64,000 nt of DNA from Steroidobacteraceae bacterium (lineage in GTDB: Bacteria; Pseudomonadota; Gammaproteobacteria; Steroidobacterales; Steroidobacteraceae). Positions 45,253 to 54,983 of the stretch are shown piece by piece. The position numbers were made by a program, and so were the translations under genes. The notes under the pieces were generated by a model. The model saw nothing but the letters and a program-made list of their open reading frames with translations. It had not been told where the DNA came from and did not search any database. How positions within the stretch are numbered: position 1 is the first letter of the stretch; every line of letters starts with the position of its first letter. The stretch covers positions 4,720-68,719 of the forward strand of contig DASXFV010000038.1 in assembly GCA_036489445.1 (NCBI GenBank). The letters are read 5' to 3'.

Positions 45253-46584
45253 ATGAAAATCCCAGAAATCATCATCGTCGAGGTTCTGCACCAACCCGGC
45301 AGCCTCGCCAAGGTGCTCCAAGTGATCGCCGAGGAAGGGCTGGTGCTGGAGCACCTCACGTCCCTGCGGCGCGAGCAGGGTCGCACGCTATGGGAAATCA
45401 CCCTCGATATGGACGAGGATGCCAACCGGTCGTTGTACGAACGCATCGACGCGTTGCCGACTGCGCGCTTCGTGGGCAAGTCAGACCGGGTGTTCAATCG
45501 CCATCGGGGTGGCAAGATCCGCACCGTCTCGCGGGTGCCCATCAATACCTTGAATATGCTGCGTGATGTGTACACCCCGGGCGTGGCGCGCGTATGCCTG
45601 GCCATCCAGGCTGATCCGCGCAAGATCCACGACTACACCAGCATCGACCATACGGTGGCCATCATCACCAATGGCACGGCCATCCTGGGTCTGGGGGACA
45701 TCGGCGCGGCGGCGGGCCTGCCGGTCATGGAGGGCAAGGCCGCGCTGTTCTCGGAGCTGGTGGACCTGAGCGGTGTGCCGATTCTGCTGAAATCCCGTGA
45801 TGCCGACAGTGTCGTGGCGACGATCTGCGCCATCGAGCAATCCTTCGGGGCCATCCAGCTGGAAGATTTCGCAGCTCCGGAGTGCTTTGAAATCGAAGAG
45901 CGGCTGCGTGCGACCTTAAGCAAGCCGGTGCTGCACGATGACCAGCACGGCACCGCCGTGGTGACGCTGGCGGCACTCATCACGGCCACGCGGCGTCTGG
46001 GCCGCAGCCTGCGCGTGAGCACCGTCGGCCAGATCGGTCTGGGCGCGGCGGGGACCGGTATTGTCCGCCTGCTGCGCGCCTATGGGGTGGGCAAGGTGCT
46101 GGGTGCGGATCGCAATCCCAAAGCCATCGAGCGCATCCAGTCCATGGGAGCAGAAGGCGCCTCGCTGGAAGACATCATGGCGCGCTGCGATATCGTGATC
46201 GCGACCACCGGCGTGAAGAATCTGATTCCAGCCCAGCGGGTGCGTCCCGGGCAGATCATCCTCGCGCTGTCGAACCCGGAAAGTGAGATCGATCCCCTGG
46301 AGGCCATGGAGCGGGGCGCCGCCTTCGCCGCTGATGGCAAGGGCATCAATAATGTGCTGGCCTTCCCGGGTTTGTTCCGCGGTGCGCTGGCGGCGCACGC
46401 CCCACGCTTCACGGATGCCATGTTGATGGCCGCGGCCGATGCCATCGCGCAGCTGGCCGGGGAGGATCTGGTGCCCAATCCACTGGATAAGCTGGTCCAC
46501 GAGCGGGTCGCGGCCGCGGTCATGACCGCGGCCATGCAGCCTGCAGCGATGGGCGAGGCGGGGACACCGGAAATTACGCAGTAG
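45253..46584 (+). CDS. NAD(P)-dependent malic enzyme with N-terminal ACT-like domain
   Basis: ACT-like N-terminus (IIIVEVLHQPGSLAKVLQVIAEEGLVLEHL). Malic enzyme core (YTPGVARVC, ITNGTAILGLGDIGAAAGLPVMEGKAALF). No PTA domain. Confidence 0.85.
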   Translation: MKIPEIIIVEVLHQPGSLAKVLQVIAEEGLVLEHLTSLRREQGRTLWEITLDMDEDANRSLYERIDALPTARFVGKSDRVFNRHRGGKIRTVSRVPINTLNMLRDVYTPGVARVCLAIQADPRKIHDYTSIDHTVAIITNGTAILGLGDIGAAAGLPVMEGKAALFSELVDLSGVPILLKSRDADSVVATICAIEQSFGAIQLEDFAAPECFEIEERLRATLSKPVLHDDQHGTAVVTLAALITATRRLGRSLRVSTVGQIGLGAAGTGIVRLLRAYGVGKVLGADRNPKAIERIQSMGAEGASLEDIMARCDIVIATTGVKNLIPAQRVRPGQIILALSNPESEIDPLEAMERGAAFAADGKGINNVLAFPGLFRGALAAHAPRFTDAMLMAAADAIAQLAGEDLVPNPLDKLVHERVAAAVMTAAMQPAAMGEAGTPEITQ

Positions 46585-47455
46585 CCGGGGCCATCATGCC
46601 CTTGAGCTTGCCCAGCGCCTGCGTTTCGATCTGCCGGATGCGCTCGGCCGAGACCTGGTAGCGGTCGGCCAGCTCATGCAGCGTCGACTTGTCTTCACCC
46701 GTCCAGCGGCTCATCAGGATGTCGCGACTGCGCGCATCCAGCCGGCCCAGGGCCGCCTGCAGATTCGCGTGCGACACACTCTCCCACTCCTCCGCTTCGA
46801 CGCTTTCCGCGGGGTCCGCGGCCGGCGCCGGCAGATAGGAGGCCGGGCTGTACGGGGCATCCTCATCATCCCCATCCGGGGTGGGGTCAAACGACATGTC
46901 GCGAGCCGACAGTCGCTGCTCCATCTCGGTGACTTCCGCCGTGGTGACACCGAGATCACGGGCCACCGCCGCGGTCTCCTCGTGCGTCAGCCAGGAGAGG
47001 TTCTTCTTCATGCGCCGCAGGTTGAAGAACAGCTTGCGCTGGGCCTTGGTGGTGGCCACCTTGACCAGGCGCCAGTTGCGCAGGACGTATTCGTGAATTT
47101 CGGCACGCACCCAGTGCACGGCAAAGGAGACCATGCGGACGTTGAGCGTCGGGTCAAAGCGCTTCACGGCCTTCATCAGGCCGACGTTGCCTTCCTGGAT
47201 CAGATCCCCCATGGGCAGGCCGTAGCCGGTATAGCCGCGGGCGATATGCACCACGAAGCGCAGGTGCGACAGCACCAGCTTGCGGGCGGCGTCCAGATCG
47301 TCTTCCGCGCGATATCGAATGGCCAGATCCCGCTCCTCCTCGCGTGACAATACGGGGATGCGGCTGACGCGATCGATGTAGGCGTCCAGGCTTCCCAGCG
47401 GCCCCGCCAGGGCGAGGGTGGATTCAGGAGCGACCAGTGCAGTAGCGGTCGTCAT
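46574..47455 (-). CDS. rpoH: RNA polymerase sigma-32 factor
   Basis: RpoH box region QRKLFFNLRRMK, LIQEGNVGLMKAVKRFDP, located downstream of ftsYEX as in E. coli. Confidence 0.95.
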   Translation of the reverse strand: MTTATALVAPESTLALAGPLGSLDAYIDRVSRIPVLSREEERDLAIRYRAEDDLDAARKLVLSHLRFVVHIARGYTGYGLPMGDLIQEGNVGLMKAVKRFDPTLNVRMVSFAVHWVRAEIHEYVLRNWRLVKVATTKAQRKLFFNLRRMKKNLSWLTHEETAAVARDLGVTTAEVTEMEQRLSARDMSFDPTPDGDDEDAPYSPASYLPAPAADPAESVEAEEWESVSHANLQAALGRLDARSRDILMSRWTGEDKSTLHELADRYQVSAERIRQIETQALGKLKGMMAPATA

Positions 47456-47493
47456 TCAGGCTCCCTTGAGTTCGAACTTTGCTGAGGCAGATA

Positions 47494-47520
47494 TTAGCAC
47501 TCTGGTCATTTGAGTGCTAA
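47494..47520. repeat. perfect 9-bp inverted repeat in the ftsX-rpoH intergenic region
   Basis: TTAGCACTC (47494-47502), 9 nt, GAGTGCTAA (47512-47520). Lies 39-65 nt upstream of the rpoH ATG and overlaps the putative -10. Confidence 0.6.
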
Positions 47521-47537
47521 GAAGCCCTGGAAGTTCA
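47509..47537 (-). promoter_or_regulatory. putative sigma-E (RpoE)-type promoter for rpoH
   Basis: Minus strand reads TGAACTT, N17, TCAAA (-35 = complement of 47531-47537; -10 = complement of 47509-47513). Resembles the GGAACTT-N16-TCAAA consensus and E. coli rpoH P3. Confidence 0.3.
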
Positions 47538-47584
47538 ACGCTGTCGTCGGAAACAAATTCAATAAAAACAATGCCTTGATACTG

Positions 47585-48505
47585 TCAAGCTCGCGGTTCG
47601 ATGCCTCGCAGATGCCGGGCGGCGGCTACCCAGGCCCCCAACCATCCCAGGAGCATCCCGGCCCCCAGAACCAGGCCAACCTCGCGCGGCCCCGCGCCAA
47701 CCAAGGTATAGCTGCTGCCATACAGCCGGGCCAGGGTGGCCACGGGTGCGCGCAGCACCGCCGCCGCGGTCCCCACCAACGCCCAGGCCAGCAGCGCCCC
47801 TGCGAGGCCATAGAGCATGCCGGTGTACAGGAAGGGTCTGCGGACAAAGCCGGTCGATCCCCCCACCAGCCGGATCACTTCAATCTCGGTACGACGGCCC
47901 TGGATTTCAAGTCGGATGGTATTACCCACCACGGCGAGCACCCCGGCCCCCAACAAGATGGCGGCAATACTCAGTACCCGGCGCAGCAGGTCCAGGATGG
48001 CGTTGAAGCGCAGCACCCACTCCGCGTCCACCTGCACGGTGTCCACCTCCGGCCAGGCCCCCAGGTAGTGCTTGAGCGCCGCCAGATCCGCCGGAGCGCT
48101 GGCATCGGCCGTGGGGCGCACATGCAGAATATTCGGCAGGGGATTGCTGCCGAGGGCCTGCAGCGCGGTGCCAAATCCGGAATATTGACGGAATTCCTGC
48201 AGGGCCTCAGCGGCGCTGATCACCTGTACCGCTGCCACCCCTGGACGGGCGCGCGTGCTTTGCGCCAGCTGTTGCACGCGCGACAGGGCAATGTCCGGCT
48301 TGAAGTACACCGATACATCGACCGCCCCGGTGAAACCGCCCGTGGCGCCCATGGCATTGGAGACGAACAGTGCCAAGGCCAGCGGCAGCGCCAGGGCGAG
48401 ACCAATGACCAGTACCGTCAGCGCGGTGGCGAAGGGCGCGCGTGCCAGCCTGCCGGCTGAACCCAGCAGTGCCTGAGCATGGTGGGTCAGGTAGCCCGCG
48501 ATCAT
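47585..48505 (-). CDS. ftsX: cell-division ABC transporter permease FtsX
   Basis: Four-TM FtsX topology. ATGA coupling to ftsE. Conserved ftsYEX order. Confidence 0.9.
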   Translation of the reverse strand: MIAGYLTHHAQALLGSAGRLARAPFATALTVLVIGLALALPLALALFVSNAMGATGGFTGAVDVSVYFKPDIALSRVQQLAQSTRARPGVAAVQVISAAEALQEFRQYSGFGTALQALGSNPLPNILHVRPTADASAPADLAALKHYLGAWPEVDTVQVDAEWVLRFNAILDLLRRVLSIAAILLGAGVLAVVGNTIRLEIQGRRTEIEVIRLVGGSTGFVRRPFLYTGMLYGLAGALLAWALVGTAAAVLRAPVATLARLYGSSYTLVGAGPREVGLVLGAGMLLGWLGAWVAAARHLRGIEPRA

Positions 48506-49194
48506 CGCGTCGCCGTCATGCTGGGCAGCGGCGCCTCCGCGCTGCCCTGGACCTCACCGTCCGCCAGGACGATGCTGCGCTGTCCGAACTCATGCACCAC
48601 ATGCATATCATGGGTCGCGACGATCACTGTGACGCCCACGTCCTGGAAGCGCTTGAAGAGCTTCATGACCTCCAGTGCGAGCTGCGGGTCCAGATTGCCG
48701 GTGGGCTCATCGGCGATCAGCACTGAAGGCTTGGCGACCACGGCACGTGCAATGCCGACGCGCTGCTGTTCGCCCACGGACAGCTCGTTGGGCAGCATGC
48801 GCTCCATGCCCAGCAATCCGACCTGATCCAGCGCCGCGCGCACGCGATGATCCATCTCCGTCTGACTCGCGCCGGCGACCACCAAGGGCAGGGCAACGTT
48901 GTCGAACACCGGACGGTCATCCAGCAGCCGATGGTCCTGGAACACCACGCCCAGCGTGCGCCGGTAGGCCGACAGGTGCCGTGATTTGAGCGTGCCGAGA
49001 TTGTGCCCATTGACCATCACGGTGCCGCGGGTCGGACGTTCCAGCAGCGCGATGAGCTTGAGCACGGTGCTCTTGCCGGCGCCCGAGCGGCCGGTCAGGA
49101 ACACCATCTCGCCGCGGTCAATGCTGAAGGTGGCGGCGCGAAGCGCTTCACGCCCGTTGCGGTAACGCTTGGTGACGCGCTCGAAGAGGATCAT
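48502..49194 (-). CDS. ftsE: cell-division ABC transporter ATP-binding protein FtsE
   Basis: Walker A GRSGAGKST, signature LSVGEQQRV, Walker B VLIADEPTGNLD. Confidence 0.95.
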   Translation of the reverse strand: MILFERVTKRYRNGREALRAATFSIDRGEMVFLTGRSGAGKSTVLKLIALLERPTRGTVMVNGHNLGTLKSRHLSAYRRTLGVVFQDHRLLDDRPVFDNVALPLVVAGASQTEMDHRVRAALDQVGLLGMERMLPNELSVGEQQRVGIARAVVAKPSVLIADEPTGNLDPQLALEVMKLFKRFQDVGVTVIVATHDMHVVHEFGQRSIVLADGEVQGSAEAPLPSMTATR

Positions 49195-50183
49195 GCGCCG
49201 GACGCGGCAGGGTTTTCCGGGGTCGCGCCTACCCCTTCGATGAGCGCAGCAGCGAAGACCTCGGCGTTGAATTCGCCGAAATCCCCGGCCTGTTCACCAA
49301 TGCCGATAAAGCGGATCGGAATATTCAGTTTGCGGGCGATGGCGAGCACGATGCCGCCCTTGGCCGTGCCATCCAGCTTGGTGAGGACCAGCCCGGTGAC
49401 GCCGATGGCCTGGTGAAACTGCAGGGCCTGCGAGAGGGCGTTCTGGCCCTGGTTGGCATCCAGTACCAGCAGCACCTCATGTGGCGCGGTGGCATCGACT
49501 CGCTGCAGCACACGGCGGACTTTTTTCAGCTCCTCCATGAGATGCGTCTGGTTTTGCAACCGGCCGGCGGTGTCGGCGATCAGCACCTCGGTGCCGCGCG
49601 AGCGCGCGGACTGCGCCGCATCGAACACCACGGCACCGGGGTCGGCTCCGGCCTGCTGCGCGACCACTGTCGCACCGGTGCGGGTGCCCCACACCTGCAG
49701 CTGCTCGACGGCGGCGGCGCGGAACGTATCACCTGCCGCCAGCATGACGCTGTGGCCTGAGGTGGCCAGGCGCTGAGCGAGCTTGCCGATGGTGGTGGTC
49801 TTGCCGGAACCGTTGACGCCCACGACCAGGATGACAAAGGGTTGATGTGCCGGGTCGATCACCAGCGGCTGCGCGCAGGGAGTGAGAATTTCGGTCACGG
49901 ACCGCCGCAGGGCGGCGATCAGCGCCTCGACATCGGCGAGTTCCTGGCGCGCAACGCGCGTGCGCAGATCATCCAGGATGTATTGCGTGGCCTCCACACC
50001 GACATCGGCGGTAAGCAGTCGGGTCTCCAGCTCATCGAGGATTTCGGCATCGATTTTGCGGCCCCGAAACAGGGTCGCCAGACCGTCCGTCAGCCAGGAG
50101 CTGCCGCGGTTGAGTTTCTTGCGCAGACGCTCGAAGAATCCACCGGATTCTTCGCCGGCCGCTTTGTCGCGTCGGAACAGCAT
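49191..50183 (-). CDS. ftsY: signal-recognition-particle receptor FtsY (short A domain)
   Basis: Track ORF trimmed to the ATG at 50183. NG domain motifs VGVNGSGKTTT, DTAGRL, TKLDGTAKGG. Confidence 0.9.
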   Translation of the reverse strand: MLFRRDKAAGEESGGFFERLRKKLNRGSSWLTDGLATLFRGRKIDAEILDELETRLLTADVGVEATQYILDDLRTRVARQELADVEALIAALRRSVTEILTPCAQPLVIDPAHQPFVILVVGVNGSGKTTTIGKLAQRLATSGHSVMLAAGDTFRAAAVEQLQVWGTRTGATVVAQQAGADPGAVVFDAAQSARSRGTEVLIADTAGRLQNQTHLMEELKKVRRVLQRVDATAPHEVLLVLDANQGQNALSQALQFHQAIGVTGLVLTKLDGTAKGGIVLAIARKLNIPIRFIGIGEQAGDFGEFNAEVFAAALIEGVGATPENPAASGA

Positions 50184-50283
50184 GGCGCTATTGTATGATG
50201 ATCCGGCTTGGCTAGGCTTCAAAAGGCGGGCGTGGGACTTGGCAGCGACTGGTAAGCCCGATATCCGCAAGGCCGCCACGCGC

Positions 50284-50856
50284 GTGGCACGTGGCAATAA
50301 AACGCGTGTGTTGCGCATCATCGGCGGCGCCTGGCGTGGCCGCACCTGGCGGTTCCCGGAGGGCGATATCCGCCCGACACCTGACCGGGTCCGGGAGACC
50401 CTGTTCAACTGGCTGGCGCCGGATATCGCCGGGGCCCGGTGCCTGGATCTGTTTGCCGGCAGCGGCGCGCTGGGACTTGAGGCGCTGTCACGCGGTGCCG
50501 CCCGCGTGGTGTTCGTGGAACAGGCCGCAGCCTCCGCCCGGGAACTGCGCCAGACGCTGGCGCTGTGGGGCGGTGCGCCGGCGGCGGCTGCGCAAGTCCA
50601 GCACACCGACGCCACCAGCTTCCTCGCCGGCAAGGCGGAAGTCTTCGACGTGGTCTTCCTGGATCCGCCGTTTGCGGGCGGTTTGCTGGGCCCGGTTGCG
50701 GGCAGCCTTGAATCCGGCGCCTGGTTGGCGCCAAACGCTTGCATCTATGCCGAATGCCCCGCACGCGAGGGATTGCCGCCGCTGCCGGGGTGGCGGCTGA
50801 TGCGGGAGGGCCGCGCCGGTGAGGTCGGGTATCATCTGTTGCGGAGGGCACCTTGA
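50284..50856 (+). CDS. rsmD: 16S rRNA (guanine966-N2)-methyltransferase RsmD (start uncertain; in-frame ATG also at 50182)
   Basis: [11 protein letters not shown]...[39 protein letters not shown] motifs. The GTG at 50284 gives an E. coli-like length and leaves a divergent promoter gap to ftsY. Confidence 0.8.
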   Translation: MARGNKTRVLRIIGGAWRGRTWRFPEGDIRPTPDRVRETLFNWLAPDIAGARCLDLFAGSGALGLEALSRGAARVVFVEQAAASARELRQTLALWGGAPAAAAQVQHTDATSFLAGKAEVFDVVFLDPPFAGGLLGPVAGSLESGAWLAPNACIYAECPAREGLPPLPGWRLMREGRAGEVGYHLLRRAP

Positions 50857-51341
50857 CCACTTATAGAAACGCCGTGTATCCCGGGACGTTTGATCCCATC
50901 ACCAACGGACACGCCGACCTGGTGCGGCGGGCGTGCAGCCTGTTTGATCGGGTGGTGGTGGCCATTGCCTCCAATGCCGGCAAAGCGCCGCTGTTCCCGC
51001 AGGATAAGCGCGTGGCGCTGGCACGTGAGGTGCTCGCCGATCTGCCCAAGGTGGAAGTCATGGCCTACTCCGAACTCACCGTGGAGTTCGCGCGCCGCCA
51101 CCAGCTCTCGGTGATCATCCGCGGCCTGCGCGCCGTGTCGGACTTCGAGTTCGAGTTCCAGCTGGCGAACATGAACCGCCATCTGTCGCGCGAAATCGAG
51201 ACCGTGTTCCTGACACCTCAGGAACAGTTCACGTTCATTTCTTCTTCCCTGGTGCGCGAGATCGCCGTGCTGGGGGGCGACGTGCACGAGTTTGTGCATC
51301 CGATCGTGCTGGCCGAACTGCGGAAGCTGCGGCGCGTTTGA
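50853..51341 (+). CDS. coaD: phosphopantetheine adenylyltransferase
   Basis: [18 protein letters not shown] motif. TTG start overlaps the rsmD stop. Confidence 0.95.
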   Translation: MTTYRNAVYPGTFDPITNGHADLVRRACSLFDRVVVAIASNAGKAPLFPQDKRVALAREVLADLPKVEVMAYSELTVEFARRHQLSVIIRGLRAVSDFEFEFQLANMNRHLSREIETVFLTPQEQFTFISSSLVREIAVLGGDVHEFVHPIVLAELRKLRRV

Positions 51342-52020
51342 GTTTGCGGCGCTTGCGCGGCAGGCGCGGCAGTTTCACCGTCTGCGCGGGGGGCGGCAGC
51401 TTGCCGGCACGCGACAGATCCACCGCCCGCCACAGGTACCAGGCCGCCGCGCTGCGATACGGTCCCCAGCGCTCGCCGAACAGGGCCAGCGCTTTGGGAG
51501 CCGGCATTTCCTTGTGCCCATAGGCCAGACGAAAGCCATGGCGGACGCCGAAGTCATCGACGGGCAGCACGTCGGGTCTGCGCAGCTGGAACATCAGCAG
51601 CATCTCGACGGTCCAGCGACCGATACCGCGCACGGCGGTGAGCCGCTCGATGATCTCCAGATCGCTCAAGGAGTGCAGGACGGCGCGTTCCGGAACCACG
51701 CCGCTGACGGTCTTTGTCGCCAGGTCCCGCAAGGCTGCGATCTTTGAAAACGAGAACCCCGAGGCGCGCAGTGCGGCATCTTCCAGGGCCAGCAGGGACT
51801 CCGGAGCGGGGAAAATCCCGCCGCCGCAGGTGCTGATGAAACGGTTGAGGATCGACTGCGCGGCCTTGCCGTTCAGTTGCTGATGCGCGATCGCGCGCGC
51901 CAGGGTTTCAAAGGGCGAATGTGCTTCGCGCGCCTCCAGCTCCAAGGGCCCGGCGGCGCGGATGAGCTGCTTCATCACCGGATCCACATCGCCAAGATAG
52001 GTCACGATGGCTTCGGTCAC
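51235..52020 (-). CDS. HhH-GPD DNA-3-methyladenine glycosylase II family protein with basic C-terminal tail
   Basis: The GTG at 52020 (GAGGTGA upstream) lies 4 nt after the mutM stop. HhH-GPD core ([18 protein letters not shown]...LPVDDFGVR). The last ~55 aa are rich in K and R. Confidence 0.7.
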   Translation of the reverse strand: MTEAIVTYLGDVDPVMKQLIRAAGPLELEAREAHSPFETLARAIAHQQLNGKAAQSILNRFISTCGGGIFPAPESLLALEDAALRASGFSFSKIAALRDLATKTVSGVVPERAVLHSLSDLEIIERLTAVRGIGRWTVEMLLMFQLRRPDVLPVDDFGVRHGFRLAYGHKEMPAPKALALFGERWGPYRSAAAWYLWRAVDLSRAGKLPPPAQTVKLPRLPRKRRKLKRAAASAVRPARSDAQTRARRPPARRSRAPGKKK

Positions 52021-52024
52021 GATC

Positions 52025-52840
52025 TCACCTCTGGCAGGTGGGGCAATAGTAAGTGGACCGCTGTCCCTGGGTGAAAACACGGACCAGTGTCTTGCAGTTG
52101 CGGCAGGGTTCATCGGCCCGTTCATAGACAAAGAGCTGCTGGCGGAAGTATCCCGGATTGCCATCCGGGTTCACGTAATCCCGCAGTGTGGTGCCGCCGA
52201 CGCGGATGGCCTGTCGCAACACCTTGCGGATGGCCGCGACCAGACGTTCGGCTTCAACCCGGGTCAGGCTGTGACTCGTGCGGCGGGGCCGGACCCCGCA
52301 CTGGAACAACGCTTCACTGGCGTAGATGTTTCCCACCCCTGTGACCAGCTGGCCATTCATGATCAGCTGCTTGATGGAGACTTTGCGCCGCCGCGCAACA
52401 CTCCACAGGTACTGCGCATCAAAGGCAGCATCGAAGGGTTCCGGCGCGAGCTTCGCCAGCAGCGGATGGGTCTGCGGATCCCCCGTCACATAGTGCAGGC
52501 TGCCGAAGCGGCGCGGATCATTGAAGCGGACGGTGTGACCTGAAGTGAGCGCCAGGTCGATGTGATCGTGGGCCGCGGCCGGCAGATTGCTGGGTACGAG
52601 GCGCAGGCTGCCGGACATTCCCAGGTGCCACAGCACCGTGCCATGGGTCAGCCGCAGCAGCAGGTACTTGGCGCGCCGGTCGACGGACTCGACACGCTGC
52701 CCCGCCAGGGTCTGGGGCAGCCGCGCATCCACCGGCCAACGCAGGCGGTGCTCGCGGACCGTCAGTCGCAGAATGGTCTGACCCGTCAGGTGCGGTTCAA
52801 GTCCGCGACGGGTGGTTTCAACCTCGGGTAGCTCGGGCAT
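52025..52840 (-). CDS. mutM: formamidopyrimidine-DNA glycosylase
   Basis: MPELPEVETTRRGL N-terminus and C-terminal zinc finger CRNCKT...YYCPTCQ. Confidence 0.95.
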   Translation of the reverse strand: MPELPEVETTRRGLEPHLTGQTILRLTVREHRLRWPVDARLPQTLAGQRVESVDRRAKYLLLRLTHGTVLWHLGMSGSLRLVPSNLPAAAHDHIDLALTSGHTVRFNDPRRFGSLHYVTGDPQTHPLLAKLAPEPFDAAFDAQYLWSVARRRKVSIKQLIMNGQLVTGVGNIYASEALFQCGVRPRRTSHSLTRVEAERLVAAIRKVLRQAIRVGGTTLRDYVNPDGNPGYFRQQLFVYERADEPCRNCKTLVRVFTQGQRSTYYCPTCQR

Positions 52841-53792
52841 GGCCCATTCTGCGGCTTTCAAGCCATTGCCACCACAACAGTGGCGGCACCCCGCACAGCA
52901 CCTCGCGCACGCGTTTCACCGCAGAAACGGTCAGTGCCAGCTCGGCGCTGATCCCCAAGGTGTGTCCGAACAACACCAGCGCGGCTTCCTGAACGCCCAG
53001 GCCCGCGGGCACGATGAAGGCAAGATGCCGCGCCGCCTGGGTCAGTCCCTCGAGCATGATTGCTGCTGGGACATTGACGGGATGGCCGAACAGACGCAGT
53101 GCCCACCAGACTTCAAACGACGCCGAGATGAGTGCCACAAATTGCAGCGCGCCTGCCATCGACAAGATTGCGGTTCGACCCAGACAGCGGCGCAGATCCG
53201 CATCCAGCGATATCGCGGCGTCGCCTCCAGTGAGGCCCACCATGGGTTTCAGGAAGCGCTGCAGGCGCTGGAACACGGATCCGTACCGCAGCAGCAGCAA
53301 GCACCCCAGGGGAATGAACACACTCAGCCCCAGTACCGTGATGACCTGCGGATGATGGCCGCCGGTGCCCAGCAGGATCAGCGTCGCCACGGTCCCCAGC
53401 AGATAGACGGTGATCAGGGTCAGCAGAATTTCAACGATGATCGTGGCGCTCGCCGGAACGAGGCCCAAGCCACGCCAGCGCATCAGACGCACCCCCACCA
53501 CTCCGCCCCCGAGGCTTGCCACGGGCAACAGGCGATCCACTGCCTCACGCACGGTGGTCACCCAAAGTACGTAGCCGAAGTCTGCCTTTCCTGCTGCATC
53601 AAAAGGACGCAGCAGCGCGCGCCAACCTACGGCATACAGCGCGAAGAAAATCATGCGATAGGGAACCAGCCACAACAAGGCGGCGCCCGCCTTGCTCCAG
53701 GTATGCAGCATCATGGGCACATCGGCATGAATGACCAGCCCGGTCAGCAGGGCGAGTCCGAGCAGACCCGCGATGTACACGGCGATTTTCAC
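52818..53792 (-). CDS. hpnL: UPF0104/lysyl-PG-synthase-TM-like membrane protein (HpnL-like)
   Basis: 324-aa polytopic membrane protein downstream of hpnI and hpnJ. Family assigned from context and general sequence character. Overlaps the mutM start by 23 nt. Confidence 0.6.
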   Translation of the reverse strand: MKIAVYIAGLLGLALLTGLVIHADVPMMLHTWSKAGAALLWLVPYRMIFFALYAVGWRALLRPFDAAGKADFGYVLWVTTVREAVDRLLPVASLGGGVVGVRLMRWRGLGLVPASATIIVEILLTLITVYLLGTVATLILLGTGGHHPQVITVLGLSVFIPLGCLLLLRYGSVFQRLQRFLKPMVGLTGGDAAISLDADLRRCLGRTAILSMAGALQFVALISASFEVWWALRLFGHPVNVPAAIMLEGLTQAARHLAFIVPAGLGVQEAALVLFGHTLGISAELALTVSAVKRVREVLCGVPPLLWWQWLESRRMGHARATRG

Positions 53793-53804
53793 GCAGCGCC
53801 TGAC

Positions 53805-54971
53805 TCAGGCAACGCGGCGCATCACGCCAGTGGCGTCGACGTCGAATTCGTGACCGCGCCACGTCACCCGTCTGGAGAGGAAGCTCTGACACCAGACTGC
53901 GCAGATCAACAGGTCCCGCACCGGCAGCAGCAGAATGTCTGCCAGCAACGGCCGATTGCTGCGCAGGCGATACACCATGTGCAGGCCAAAGCGCGCCGCC
54001 ACGGTTACACCAAAGGCGCTCCACGCCACCGGGGGTACAGCTCCGGCGGCGCCTAGCAGCAGCAGCCCGATGATGGCCAGCAGCAGGCTGAACGTCAGGA
54101 AGATCAGCGCCAGACACAGCGGGCGAATGACACGCAGGGTGCGCATCCAGCGCAATTCATGACGATTGAGAGCGGCAAAATCCGGTTCATCGTGCTGGGC
54201 CTGAATCTCGTAAGGGGAGAGCACGATCCGCAGTCCCTGCGCGCGCACCCGCTCGCCCAGTCGATAATCGTCGGCGAGATGATCCACGAATGCCCGCATG
54301 CCGCCGACGGACTCCAGCGTGGTGCGCCGCAGACACAGGGTCTGACCGGATGCGTAACCCTGATGGCCGAACAGCCACGCCAGCATCACGGACGGGAAGT
54401 ACCATTCGTTGTTGTACATGGCGCCCAGCCGCGACCATAGACTTGGTGTGGGCGCGTCCTGCGACAGGCAGGTCACAAGACCGACCTGCTCATCCTGCAA
54501 CGGTGTGGTGACGGTGGCCAGGTAATCGGCGCCCACCAGGATATCGCTGTCCGCGATCAACAATATGGAGTGGCGGGCCTTGGCCAGCATATTGATGAGA
54601 TTGCTGCTCTTGTTGTTGTGGCCGTGGCGCTGCGGGTTCACCACTGTGTCGATCGACAGATCCGGGAACTCCTGCGTCAGACGCGCCACGACCGCCAGGG
54701 CCGGGTCAGTGGTATCAAGTGTTCCAAAGACAATCTGGAACTGCGCATAGTTCTGCTGGCAGAAGGAGCGCAGATGCTCGTACAGCCCGGGTTCCGCGCC
54801 GCACAGTGGCTTCAACACGGTCACCGGAGGCTGTGCCGCAGGCGCCTGGCGCGGGCGCGACACATAGATGCGCCAGGCCAGAGCGGCGCTCAGCGCCACC
54901 AGCGAATAGCCCGCTGCGATGCCGAGGCTCGAGTATCCAACCACCGCGACAATCAGCTGGGCTACAGTCAT
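53805..54971 (-). CDS. hpnI: GT21 (ceramide-glucosyltransferase-like) glycosyltransferase, HpnI-like
   Basis: VTVLKPLCGAEPGLYEHLRSFCQQNYAQFQIVFG, IADSDI and QHDEP..RHELRWMRT motifs typical of HpnI. Confidence 0.78.
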   Translation of the reverse strand: MTVAQLIVAVVGYSSLGIAAGYSLVALSAALAWRIYVSRPRQAPAAQPPVTVLKPLCGAEPGLYEHLRSFCQQNYAQFQIVFGTLDTTDPALAVVARLTQEFPDLSIDTVVNPQRHGHNNKSSNLINMLAKARHSILLIADSDILVGADYLATVTTPLQDEQVGLVTCLSQDAPTPSLWSRLGAMYNNEWYFPSVMLAWLFGHQGYASGQTLCLRRTTLESVGGMRAFVDHLADDYRLGERVRAQGLRIVLSPYEIQAQHDEPDFAALNRHELRWMRTLRVIRPLCLALIFLTFSLLLAIIGLLLLGAAGAVPPVAWSAFGVTVAARFGLHMVYRLRSNRPLLADILLLPVRDLLICAVWCQSFLSRRVTWRGHEFDVDATGVMRRVA

Positions 54972-54983
54972 GGTCGCTCTTGC

